NCBI GenBank assembly: GCA_010093745.1
Contig: MU005960.1
Coordinates: forward strand, 248,636 to 312,635
Reading direction: 5' to 3'
Origin: Piedraia hortae CBS 480.64
Taxonomy: Eukaryota
DNA: 64,000 nt
Positions 41,783 through 51,901 of this stretch are shown here, piece by piece. Positions within the stretch are counted from its first letter, which is position 1. Each line of letters starts with the position of its first letter. The notes under the pieces were generated by a model, which was not told the origin of the DNA, did not search any database, and saw only the letters and a program-made list of their open reading frames with translations. Position numbers and translations under genes: made by a program.

Positions 41783-43719
41783 TTAGTAAAACACTATTAG
41801 TACAAACTCGTTTTTTAAATCCCAACAAAACTCCTCCTCCTCCTCCTCCTCCTCCTCCTCCTCCTCCTCATTATCATTATCGTTACCATCATTCCAATCT
41901 ACGCCCCTCAAGTTCCAAGCCAACAACTTCATCCTGCGATTAAGACGCTCGGGTTTTGGATTTCCACTTGCACTTTTTCCGACAAAGATCTTGCTTTCCA
42001 AGCCCAGCTGTACATCGTTCCGGATAGCCGCCCAATTGCCCTAACCACGGCGAGCAACACTAAGAATAAGCATAGCATCTTCATGTTCGCCCCACTGAAA
42101 CGTCAAAATTGGCAGAGTGAAAGAGTTCGCATCGGGCAGCGGATCTTGGGCGCCTAGACTGAAGTATAAGCTATCCATTCCGATCGTATGGACGAGACAC
42201 TCGTTGGCGTTGAAGGTAACATTGCCGTACTTGGCGTGGTCAAAGAGACGGAACCGTGTGAGACGTGGGATTGGGACTTGCTGCTTTGGCCACCTCGTTG
42301 AGTGCCTGAATTTCTTTGAATGGCGGGCAACGAGCTGGGATTTAGCCCTATCGCGCGAGGAGCTTGGCCTCGAGGGTAGTGCCCCAGGTTTGCAATGCTT
42401 TGGCAAGTCTTTCGAGTGTGGATTTGTCAAGTGTACTCGCTATGTTGCTGATGCGGGGAGTACATTTCTCACCACGGGCGCGAGGTGTCGACCGATGAGA
42501 GATACAGCGGGCTTTAGGTGCGAGTATATCGGCAGATGCAGATGCCTTGCGCTTGCGCTTGCGGCCTGTGCGCGGACTCGAGGAAGAAGATCTTTCCATG
42601 GTGTCGTTTTCCTCCTGCTCCTCCTCCACTTTATTTGCCTCGTCCGCATCGCGTTTGAGTTTGTCGGCCATCCTTGGGGACATGCCCTTGAATTGGCGAT
42701 GGCGTATGAGGATTTGCCTCCGCTCCTGGAATTGGTTGTCGGGCCCCTAGGTTTCATGTGGGACGAAGAAAACTCGTCCACAGCTTTTGGGACGTTGTAA
42801 CAGATCATTGTCCTTCTTCTGTTATCCTATTGTATTGTGATTTTTTCGCCGCCGATTGATTTCACAAGCGTCCACTCAGAATCCTTCCTTCCAGAGCCCT
42901 TGCATTTGTTACAGGTCTCCTGGTATAATGCTTCATCACAATCCCAGGTCGAGTTGGAAAAAATGACAATATCACACTCTGCTGGATCGAAAAACCTTAC
43001 ATTCCCTTCAAAGTGGAATCGAATGCCATTCACAAAGTTCTAGTAGTCGCACAACTGAGCGTAGAATTCTTCAAACTCAGTGATGGAACCCAGGCCGTTC
43101 ACTTTGAGAAAGTCTTCAGACTCCCAGGTGCGTTTCGTCCAGGGGCGGCCGAACCACTTGACGTAGTAATGTTTCGACGTACGGACATTGCATCCCAAAA
43201 TGCGCTCGGCAAAGTTGAGCTCAGACGATAGCCGCTCAACTTCTTCCGCTGTTTCAAGACGTCCTTTGGGAGTCTGACCACGCCACTCCCTCATGTACTC
43301 CTCGACGATATCAAATCCCTCGTATTTTCTCAAGTACTTTCCGGGATGCCATATCACTAACTGATATCCTGAAGGGTATTCTAACATAATCTTTCACATG
43401 TCAGTTACCCATCATCTAGCTAGCAACCATTTCACGTTCCAGAAAATTTATTGTGGCCGGTGTAACCCGGGTTCGCCACTTTTGAAAGTCAAAATTTTCC
43501 GGATTCGAAACAAATGGAAGTACCTACCAGCGTCGGTTCTCTTTATGCACTTTATATTTGTTTAATAACAGCCATTCTTTGCTGCCCCTGGCTCTCGCCC
43601 TCTCCAGACGAGGCATCGCTCGAATATGTCTCAACGTTGCTGGTCAATTTGATTTTGTATTCGATCTTTCTATCACCCTTCACGTAGGTGTTCATCGGGC
43701 GTTTCTTGGGTCCTGACAT
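41783..43719 (-). pseudogene. CHD1-derived locus: tandem chromodomains plus SANT/SLIDE, ATPase mostly absent, with stops and frameshifts
   Basis: Chromodomain AERILGC..YYVKWFGRPWTKRTWESE. SLIDE-like WGEHEDAMLILSVARRG*GNWAAIRNDVQLGLESKIF..PKPERLNRRMKLL. In-frame TAGs at 43040, 42827 and 42041; frame changes between ~42750 and 42250. Confidence 0.72.
41831..41869 (+). repeat. (CTC)13 microsatellite (poly-Glu on minus strand)
   Basis: Perfect trinucleotide run. Confidence 0.95.
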
Positions 43720-45025
43720 GGTTGCACAAAGCATCAGCGGTCAGGGTAGTGGAGACGAGAGGATGTACTGGGTAGTCTTCTTTACCAGAACTGAGTCAAC
43801 GAATAACCCCTGTCAGTGACTGCAAGCGGAACATCTTTCACTCTATCAATCCTAACCGCTACAGTGGGGTAAGACATTTAATCGGACTGTTCATCCCAAA
43901 TTTTTTTATCTTATCAAGGTCTTAAAGAGGTATCTTCCGTGTAGGCTTTCATTCAACAGGTCAAATCCGGAGAATGATTCGGCAATCAAGCGCCGGAAGA
44001 GAGCCCATGGAACACAAAGACACAAGATCAACAACATAGTATTCGAATAATGCCCAAGATCTTTGGTTCCTATAAAGGCTAGAAAGACGTAACTAGCTCA
44101 AACGGATGAAGCTCTCTTGTACAGCGCTCTTCGGATGACAAAAACGTTTGAAGCGCGGTGAATACAGCTCAAAGCGAGCATCGAGGAACCTAGTAATGAC
44201 GTCGGGCAAACAAAGACGGGAACTCCACAGAGGCTATTCTCTCATTACAAAGATCATCCCACCCCTAAAGGTTTCTCCACCAAAGCACCGACGACAACGC
44301 CAAAGCAGGCCATAAACCCCCATAGACCCGTTCACTGTAATAGACAACCGCTCCAAGCAATTCAGACACCAAGCAAGTGGTACAACTATAAACATCCTTC
44401 TCACGTGACTGATTCTTGGCAACATTTGGGGAAAATACAATTCAACCAACTCAGCACGGTTTCTACTCACCTATCCATCAATTCATCTACACGCGATAGA
44501 ATCCTTCCGCCTATTCTTATGCAACACCTTTATCTCTTCCATGCGTATGACAGTCCTAAACGAACAGACTTTGACAGACGAAGATTCTAAATTCTCTCGC
44601 GAGCCCACCTCCGGTAGATGCGGCGAGTTAGAATCTGAGTAGGGTATGACAGGATAAATGGGCAAACTTGCCCGCAAGGCTTCGGCAATGTAATTGGATG
44701 AGGACGGTTTATCTGCTGGTAAGGAAGCAAGTGTGCCCAGTCTTGAGAGCATGTTTGGTGCGGGAAAAGAAGTGACGTTGCATTCAGACAAGTCATTACA
44801 TGGACACCTTTCAAAAATCCGGGGTATAACTACATCAAAGTTTAATGTGGATGATAAGAACCGTGCAAGCAGAGGCTAAAACTTTCTTCCCGTCATTTCA
44901 TAATATTTATTGTGAAGGAAAGCTCCGAGGGTGTGCACGAGCCCAGATTCGAGCAAGATATTGTCTCGTATGGAAGCTATAGAGGGCCAGAAGACCTGCC
45001 ATATACTCATGAACTCCTGCACAGA

Positions 45026-45056
45026 AGGCGCGCGCGTACGTCGTACGCGCGCGCCT
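45026..45056. repeat. Perfect 15-bp inverted repeat with 1-nt spacer
   Basis: aggcgcgcgcgtacg-t-cgtacgcgcgcgcct. Confidence 0.95.
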
Positions 45057-45569
45057 GTTGAACCACACCCATGGAACAACTATGTGACGAAAAGGCTAGT
45101 CCGTAATATTTATGGTACAGAGTAATATTACGTTACCCGCTTTTCCTTCGTGTGATCTCACCGGATATTGGGTCGGTTGTTCTTGGGAGAGAGCATGAAG
45201 GGCCAACGGATGAGATCATTGTATCTCCCTCTAGGTCTGAAAGTGGGATTATCGTCCTAATTGTACATCTTCAGAATGAAAATTCTTTCCACCTCGCCGA
45301 GTTTCATCGTAAGAACGAGTTTCTCGATAATCATACATGAGAACGCCTTTGCCGTGTGAGCTCAATCTGTCAGGGTTGTATCCGGCCGCCATTCCTTTCG
45401 CGTGTTTTTCGTCAGAGAGATCATTTGTAAATTTGTAAGGCGTTCTCGTGGCCAGGACTTTGTTCGCTCAACGATCTCGCCAGCTGCGCAAAAATCGCCG
45501 CCGTCGGCATGGCCTCCATGACTAGATCCAAAGCGTGCTGAATTCGACTTCGGCACCAGTGCAGCCACC

Positions 45570-46430
45570 TCACCCAGCGTCATCAACCGGTATATCCTCA
45601 CCCTCCCCGGCCTTGTTTTGCTTCTCAATCCCTCTTCCCAACTGCGTCACAGAACTCCCCGAAACTGTCCTCCTAGTCCCAACCGACGAATTCGACGAAC
45701 CCGACGCCCTCCCCTTTCTCCCCTTAATCCTCCTCCCCCCACTCGAACTACTCACCGCACGAGTCCGCCCTCCAGCCTCCGGATCCCCCTCAACCGGCCT
45801 CCTCTCCAGCACCGTCGCAAACTCATCATCGAGCGGGACCGCATCCTCCTGCTGATCCTCATCCGACAGAAAAAGATCACTCCTACTGCTCGTACTCTCC
45901 GCCACACTCCCACATCCCGGCCTCTGTTGCATACGTTCCTCAAATTCCGACTTCAACTTCACGCCCCGTTCCGGCGGTCTCGCCCCTCCAAAAACCCTAG
46001 CCAACCACCCCTCATCCGGCAAAGGTATCCAACCACGCTTATCCCCCCTTTCCTCGCCCCTCTCCGGAACATAACTCATCCCCCCTCTACTCTGCGACGC
46101 CGAAATCGCGCCATACCCAGCATTACCCCCAACCAAAAGCCTATCAAGCTCATCATTCGGCGTTCCCGCGCCATCATCATCCCAATCATCGTAGAAATCA
46201 AAGCTCAACTCCGCCCGCCCTCGACTTCTTGCTCTTAACCTCCGTGAACGTTGGGTATTTAGCCCGGGACAGCTCGCTTCGAAACACTGAGAGATCCTTG
46301 TGAGACAAGGCTGGATGCAGTTTACGCCGACAATGAAGAGGCCGTCGCGGGCCTGGCCGCGCGCATTTTCCACAGTCTCGCCCAGCTCGGTCAGACGACG
46401 GCGGAAGCGGGGGTCCGAGGCGTTGTACAT
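45570..46430 (-). CDS. Conserved fungal hypothetical protein
   Basis: 286-aa ORF with RSRGRAELSFDFYDDWD..NDELDRLL and SRSDLFLSDED..DAVPLDDEFA blocks recalled from fungal uncharacterised proteins. Confidence 0.72.
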   Translation of the reverse strand: MYNASDPRFRRRLTELGETVENARGQARDGLFIVGVNCIQPCLTRISQCFEASCPGLNTQRSRRLRARSRGRAELSFDFYDDWDDDGAGTPNDELDRLLVGGNAGYGAISASQSRGGMSYVPERGEERGDKRGWIPLPDEGWLARVFGGARPPERGVKLKSEFEERMQQRPGCGSVAESTSSRSDLFLSDEDQQEDAVPLDDEFATVLERRPVEGDPEAGGRTRAVSSSSGGRRIKGRKGRASGSSNSSVGTRRTVSGSSVTQLGRGIEKQNKAGEGEDIPVDDAG

Positions 46431-46572
46431 GATCGTTAGCTCAAGGGCATATATTCGGGTAGGTGTGAGGTTGGCCAGTCGGCTGCGGGGGTGGCTCGAA
46501 TGGGCCTAGCGTGGCCCCGCTCTTTGGGGCGGGTTGGGTTTAGTGTATTTCTCGGCAGCACACGAAGGCGAT

Positions 46573-47592
46573 ATGCATTATATTCGGTTTTTGAAGGTGC
46601 CGAGGGTGGTGCGCGGTTGTGTGGAGGCAATGGTTACGGTTACAACCGATTTGGGGGAGACGTTTTATCCGCTTGCGATCGGGTTGGTTGTTTGTTTGGA
46701 AGGGGACAAAGGGGAGGGAGTTTGTGAGGTCAAAGTGGATTGGAAGGGGAAGGGAATAAGGAGTGTATCGGTTTTGATGCCGATTGGGAAGAGTGTTGAG
46801 TGGCCTGCTCGAATACACGCTTACGCTGGGAAGGGGAACGGGTTTCTAGAACCAATTATTGGCATCTGGAGTGGGGGGTTGGATCCGCGGTGCGGTCAAT
46901 ATGATAGTGGATGGCGAGTTGAAAGACGGTTCATTACTGAACATGATGAATCGATCTGCTTATACGAGGAAGCTGGGGATAGTATCGCGAGACATTTGTG
47001 GGATGGAAGTCAAGCTTTGGCACGGTTCCTTGACCGCGCTATTTCCAAAGGTACTGGTGCCTTGGCAACCACTCAGAGGTTGCTAAAAAGTCCCGTTCGA
47101 GCAATCGAGTTGGGCTGTGGGTGCGCTTGTGTTGGGCTCACTTTGGCATTGCGTTGTCCTGGGAGTGATGTTCTGCTCACGGACATGGAGGAAGTAAGAG
47201 AATTAGCAGAAGCCAATATAAGTCTGTTAAAGGACAAACGTTCCCGTGTTAGCTTCAATGCTCTGGATTGGGAAGAGGCTGTTCCGCAGACTATCATAGA
47301 TCGTCAGCATAACCTCGTAGTGGTATCTGAGTGTACTTATAACAGTGACACTCTGGCCGCATTGGTGGCTACGCTGTCATCTCTCATTGCTGATAGCCCA
47401 AAAGCTCTTATTCTAGTTGCAACAAAAACAAGACATGCCTCCGAAGCAGAGTTTTTCCCGCTCATGAAACAGGCTGGGTTTGTGATCAATGAAAGCATCA
47501 GGCTACCGCTTGTGGGAGAGCCTGGAAGTGGGTACGCAGACTCTGCAACAGATGTCGGGTTGTACGAGTTCTTGTGGAAGTCATCCAGCTGA
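46573..47592 (+). CDS. Family-16 (METTL21/EFM-like) protein methyltransferase
   Basis: MHYIRFLK start, VTVTTDLGE, EEAGDSIARHLWDG, IELGCGCACVG, LLTDM, LDW, SECTYNSD. Confidence 0.87.
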   Translation: MHYIRFLKVPRVVRGCVEAMVTVTTDLGETFYPLAIGLVVCLEGDKGEGVCEVKVDWKGKGIRSVSVLMPIGKSVEWPARIHAYAGKGNGFLEPIIGIWSGGLDPRCGQYDSGWRVERRFITEHDESICLYEEAGDSIARHLWDGSQALARFLDRAISKGTGALATTQRLLKSPVRAIELGCGCACVGLTLALRCPGSDVLLTDMEEVRELAEANISLLKDKRSRVSFNALDWEEAVPQTIIDRQHNLVVVSECTYNSDTLAALVATLSSLIADSPKALILVATKTRHASEAEFFPLMKQAGFVINESIRLPLVGEPGSGYADSATDVGLYEFLWKSSS

Positions 47593-47688
47593 GGCAGCCT
47601 CGGACTGTGTTGGTCGTATCTGGCAAACAAAAAAAAAAATAGCTTAATAAAATACATCCAGCCGCCGGGCGAATGGTATCATCAAAAT

Positions 47689-48327
47689 CTACATCAGCAA
47701 CCTCCACACACCGAGGATGATGGCAGCCGTGCCGGTGCACACGCCCATAAGCCACTGCAACGTAGAGAATTTGACCGCTTCTAGCCTCTCTCTTAAAGCG
47801 GCAGTTTCCTGGTCAATTCTGGTATCTGTTTCCTTGATCTTCAAGTCTTGGCTGCCAGCCTCCTCCCTTGTGCGGCCTCTTTCCAGGTTGAGATCCAATC
47901 GGACGCTAGCCTGAGTACGTTGTATCTCGTCCCTTAACCTGGAATTCAGTTTTGCAATCTCATTAGAGAGCCTTTCGTGAGAACTTCTGGTAAGTGAGCT
48001 TTCAGTAGTATCGGCAGTCAAAAGTTCGGAACGGAGCTTCGCAAAGTCCACTTTCTGCGTGTACGTGGCCCGCTCCTGGTCTTCTTTGAGAACCATGGTC
48101 CGCGTAAGGTTCTGAATAGATTCTTCTATCGCATCCGAGAGAACACGCATGGCGGCCACGGCTTGCTCATCACTAAATCCCTCTATCTTGAGTCGTTGCA
48201 CAAACTTGAGCGTGTCGAAGTGGTGGTCTTTTCTTTGGACAGGGGTTGTAGAGAAGCATCTGATACTCTTGGGAGGCCGAATGGCCCAGCGCTGGGCGAG
48301 CCGCAAGCCGGAAAAGCTCATTGACAT
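47689..48327 (-). CDS. Mitochondrial DUF1640 / CCDC90-MCUR1-like coiled-coil protein
   Basis: Presequence, HHFDTLKFVQRL..GFS, QKVDFAKLRSEL, VRLDLNLERGR, C-terminal TM helix. Confidence 0.9.
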   Translation of the reverse strand: MSMSFSGLRLAQRWAIRPPKSIRCFSTTPVQRKDHHFDTLKFVQRLKIEGFSDEQAVAAMRVLSDAIEESIQNLTRTMVLKEDQERATYTQKVDFAKLRSELLTADTTESSLTRSSHERLSNEIAKLNSRLRDEIQRTQASVRLDLNLERGRTREEAGSQDLKIKETDTRIDQETAALRERLEAVKFSTLQWLMGVCTGTAAIILGVWRLLM

Positions 48328-48474
48328 GTTACTGCAGCTGAGGTGTCAGCGTATCGATTTACCGCAAAAACGATGGTTTACAACGACCGATTAGTCATGC
48401 AACGGCCACTTGATCCATCCTTCGATAGCCGACATCTGCAGTTTTCCAACAGCGATAAATCAGAGCCTGAAGAA

Positions 48475-48852
48475 ATGACAAAGTCATCAGAGATACGCGC
48501 GCAATCCCATGGACGAGGGGGTGCAGGCAACATTTCCAAGGAGCATGCTTCTGTGGAAGCCTCAGATCTCAAAACGCCAACAATCAAAGCGCCTACGTAT
48601 ACAACAGGCCGAGGGGGTAGGTTTACTGCCGCGTAGCTATTCATACCGTAGCTGACAAGTAGTATAGGGACAGGAAATATGGCTGTCAACGATCCCTCTC
48701 ATCCAGAGGTCGCCCGCGCGGCCCAAGACACAGAGGCGCCTATTTGCCACGAAAAATTGGCCAAGGGGACGTATCATTGGGGAAGAGGCGGCGAGGGCAA
48801 CATGGTAACAATTGGCTCAGCAGATAGGCGTGAGGAAGAAGAAAAAAAGTAA
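48475..48852 (+). CDS. PAR32-like GRGGxGN-repeat protein (DUF3602)
   Basis: Intron 48617-48667. Three motifs: HGRGGAGN, TGRGGTGN, WGRGGEGN. Stop TAA at 48850-48852. Confidence 0.85.
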
Positions 48853-49596
48853 TGTCTTCGGTCAGGCAGCATGATTTGCGATACAGGACAATCCCAAGAT
48901 TGGTTAGCGCAGAGCTGAGCTGACAGCGCTAAGATTTCCGAGCCGTCGGATCTCTGACATCCGAATTGTCGGCTGTCAGAAATCCGGGCAGTGAGTTCTC
49001 CGGCGTCCGGATCGTCGGGTGCCCAACTTCCCGGCTCCCCGCCGGCGCTAATGTGCGCCATCGCCCAACCCCGGCCAATCTAAGTCGCGTGCGCATGCTT
49101 GAAGACATGTTCTGGAAGCATTCTATACCGCTAGGCATCGCAAATGCTGCGAGATGATACATAGTAGCACTGTCGCTTAGCTGAGCTAAGCTGGGATGCC
49201 AGCCTTGTAGAGGCCACAATGTCATCCGGGATGACGCAAGGAATGATACCATGGCCCCCCAACCTTAGGCGAATGCCGTTCAGAGCCACAAATTTTCTAT
49301 TTTCCCCCACCCCCGGTGTTTTGCACATGCCGTCGACCGAGGGTATATAGCGTGCTTCAGGCGTCACCTTTGTGTTGACATTTTTATTTGCGGAACATTT
49401 CCCTTTCACCTTAAAGCCAGGCGATCAAAATAACAAAGGGCAGAGGGACAAGTGGGCCGCCGAACCCTGTACCCCCATAGGCTGAAGCCGCTGAAGCCTT
49501 TCATCTGTGGCTGACGCTTGGTTGAGTACAAAATCCAGTGTCCCTGAGACTGTGGGCCCCAACTTTAGTTTTCACTGACTTGCGACATTCTCGACA

Positions 49597-51402
49597 ATGG
49601 TGTTTGGCAGGAAAAAAGGGGGCGAGTCCTCTAGTTCGTCTTCATCTTCAAAATGGGACCACAATCCGGAACATGCATCTGCATTAGAGATGACCGACTT
49701 TGATGATGTTGATCTGGGAAAGGACAAGGAGAAGCTCGATGCTGATGACATTGAAGAGGAACACACCGCACAACGTGTAGCGCCCCAACCAATATCACCA
49801 ACGCGGTCCAATGATGTTGCTGCATCGCCCAAGAATCAAAGGGAGAACGGAGAGGAGGAAGATGACGAAACACAGTACCCTCAATCCCTCCAACTCGCTC
49901 TCATATCCATCGCCCTCTGTCTATCCGTCTTCTGCATGGCATTAGACAACACCATACTCAGCTCAGCAATCCCCAAAATCACAGATCAGTTCAAGGCAAT
50001 CGACGACGTGGGCTGGTACGGATCAGCATATCTACTCTTGTGCTGCGCTTTCCAGCTCTTTTTCGGGAAACTGTACACCTTCTTGTCACTCAAATGGGTC
50101 TTTCTCTCGACGCTGGTGATTTTCGAAATCGGCAGTGCAGTGTGCGGCGCGGCACCCAACTCCACCACCCTCATCATTGGCCGCGCAATCGCTGGTCTAG
50201 GCTCAGCCGGCATCTTCTCCGGCGCGGTGTTGATCATCAGCAACACTGTGCCTCTGCGCAAGCGACCAGCATACATGGGCATGATCGGGGGCATGTACGG
50301 CATCGCTTCGGTAGCAGGACCGCTGATGGGTGGCGTCTTCACCGACAAGGTGACATGGAGATGGTGTTTCTACATCAACCTCCCCATTGGCGCCGTGACG
50401 TTGCTCTTCATCGCCATCTTCTACCATCCTACCAAGCGTGCCCAGCCCCTAACCGGAGGGTGGAAGTCTCGCCTCGAACAATTCGACATCTGGGGGACAT
50501 TGATCTTTCTCCCCATGATCGTCTGTCTCCTTCTTGCCCTCCAATGGGGCGGAACAAAGTACCCATGGAAGAACGGGCGAATCATCGCTCTCCTGGTCCT
50601 CTTCGTCGTGCTTCTCATCCCCTTCATTGCCATCCAATTCTGGAAACAAGACAACGCGACAGTCCCGCCTCGGGTCCTCAAACAACGCAGCGTTGCCTCC
50701 GCAGCCTGGTTCGCCGGCTGTCTCGGAGCAACATTCTTCATCTTCGTCTACTACCTCCCCATCTGGTTCCAAGCCATCAAGGGCGTATCAGCCGTGCAAT
50801 CCGGGATCCGGAATATCCCCATGGTCCTCTCTCTGGTCCTCGTATCCATGGTCTGTGGTGCCACAGTGACCAAAATCGGCTATTACACGCCCTTCATCAT
50901 CGCCTCGACGGTTCTCATGTCCGTTGGCGCGGGTCTGCTCAGTGCACTTAAAGTCCACAGCGGGGCGGGAGAGTGGATCGGCTACCAGATCGTCTTCGGC
51001 GCAGGCGTTGGATTCGGAATGCAGAATACTCTTATTGCGGTGCAAACGGCATTACCGCCAAAGGACATCCCAATCGGAACTGCAATCATCATGTTCACGC
51101 AGACCCTTGGCGGCGCGCTCTTCGTCTCCGTCGCGCAGAATGTGTTTACGAATACCCTCCTCAAGAACGTCCTGCACGCTCTGCCAAATGTTAATCCTAA
51201 CCTCATCTTGTCTACGGGCGCGACGGCATTGAAGGATGTCCTCCCCAAGGCGGTCATGCCTCAGGTTCTGATCGCGTACAATGATGCGTTGATGAAGACT
51301 TTTTACGTTGGTGTCGCCATGGCTGCGTTTTCGGTGCTTGGGAGCGGATTCCTAGAGTGGAAGAGCGTCAAGGGAAAGAAAATTGAAATGGCTGCTGCAT
51401 AG
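49597..51402 (+). CDS. MFS 14-TM drug/toxin:H+ efflux pump (DHA2, AflT-like)
   Basis: ALDNTIL..AIPKITDQF, WYGSAYLL, IIGRAIAGLGSAG, WRWCFYINLPIG, YLPIWFQAIKG. Confidence 0.93.
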   Translation: MVFGRKKGGESSSSSSSSKWDHNPEHASALEMTDFDDVDLGKDKEKLDADDIEEEHTAQRVAPQPISPTRSNDVAASPKNQRENGEEEDDETQYPQSLQLALISIALCLSVFCMALDNTILSSAIPKITDQFKAIDDVGWYGSAYLLLCCAFQLFFGKLYTFLSLKWVFLSTLVIFEIGSAVCGAAPNSTTLIIGRAIAGLGSAGIFSGAVLIISNTVPLRKRPAYMGMIGGMYGIASVAGPLMGGVFTDKVTWRWCFYINLPIGAVTLLFIAIFYHPTKRAQPLTGGWKSRLEQFDIWGTLIFLPMIVCLLLALQWGGTKYPWKNGRIIALLVLFVVLLIPFIAIQFWKQDNATVPPRVLKQRSVASAAWFAGCLGATFFIFVYYLPIWFQAIKGVSAVQSGIRNIPMVLSLVLVSMVCGATVTKIGYYTPFIIASTVLMSVGAGLLSALKVHSGAGEWIGYQIVFGAGVGFGMQNTLIAVQTALPPKDIPIGTAIIMFTQTLGGALFVSVAQNVFTNTLLKNVLHALPNVNPNLILSTGATALKDVLPKAVMPQVLIAYNDALMKTFYVGVAMAAFSVLGSGFLEWKSVKGKKIEMAAA

Positions 51403-51568
51403 GCATGTTTATCTTTTTTTGGCGTTTTCAAGTTTGTGCGCCAAGACTGGGCGTTGTACATAGAAGCCTCTTTCTCTCGCCGTGTGATGGGAGGGAGAGC
51501 TATGCTTGATGAGAAGTCTAATAGCTCTTGATTACCAGAGACTTTACTGGCATCTTCCAACACAAATG

Positions 51569-51738
51569 CAGTCAAACCTGGATATAGCGAGCACTGAATA
51601 TGGCGGGTTCTTCATAGCGAGATGTTTGCACAACTAAGTTGATTTTAACGCACCTGCAGACACCCGGATACAGCGGATCTTTGAAATAACGGGCAGAATC
51701 CTTGCGTCAGATAAATCCGCTATATCCAGATATGAAGT
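51569..51738. mobile_element. Degenerate pogo/Tigger-like MITE (~170 bp)
   Basis: Left end cagtcaaacctggatatagcg; right end cgctatatccagatatgaag (12-bp perfect core). Internal echo cccggatacagcgg. TA target duplication not intact. Confidence 0.5.
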
Positions 51739-51901
51739 GATTTGAAGCGTGCTATCCCGTCAGCCAAGTTTTGCAGGATCATACCAGCCTAAATGAAAGA
51801 ATCATTCAACAGGTTAGCTTGGTTTAGGGTATTTTTTGTTTGTTTTATTAGTGTCTCATGGCTATCATACCCCGAGAGGGGTGTTTGTTTTGCTGCTTGA
51901 C

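Noticed and set aside
50040..50951. 303-aa overlapping ORF inside the MFS gene
   Set aside because: Off-frame ORF explained by C-ending codon bias; GTG start and no motifs.
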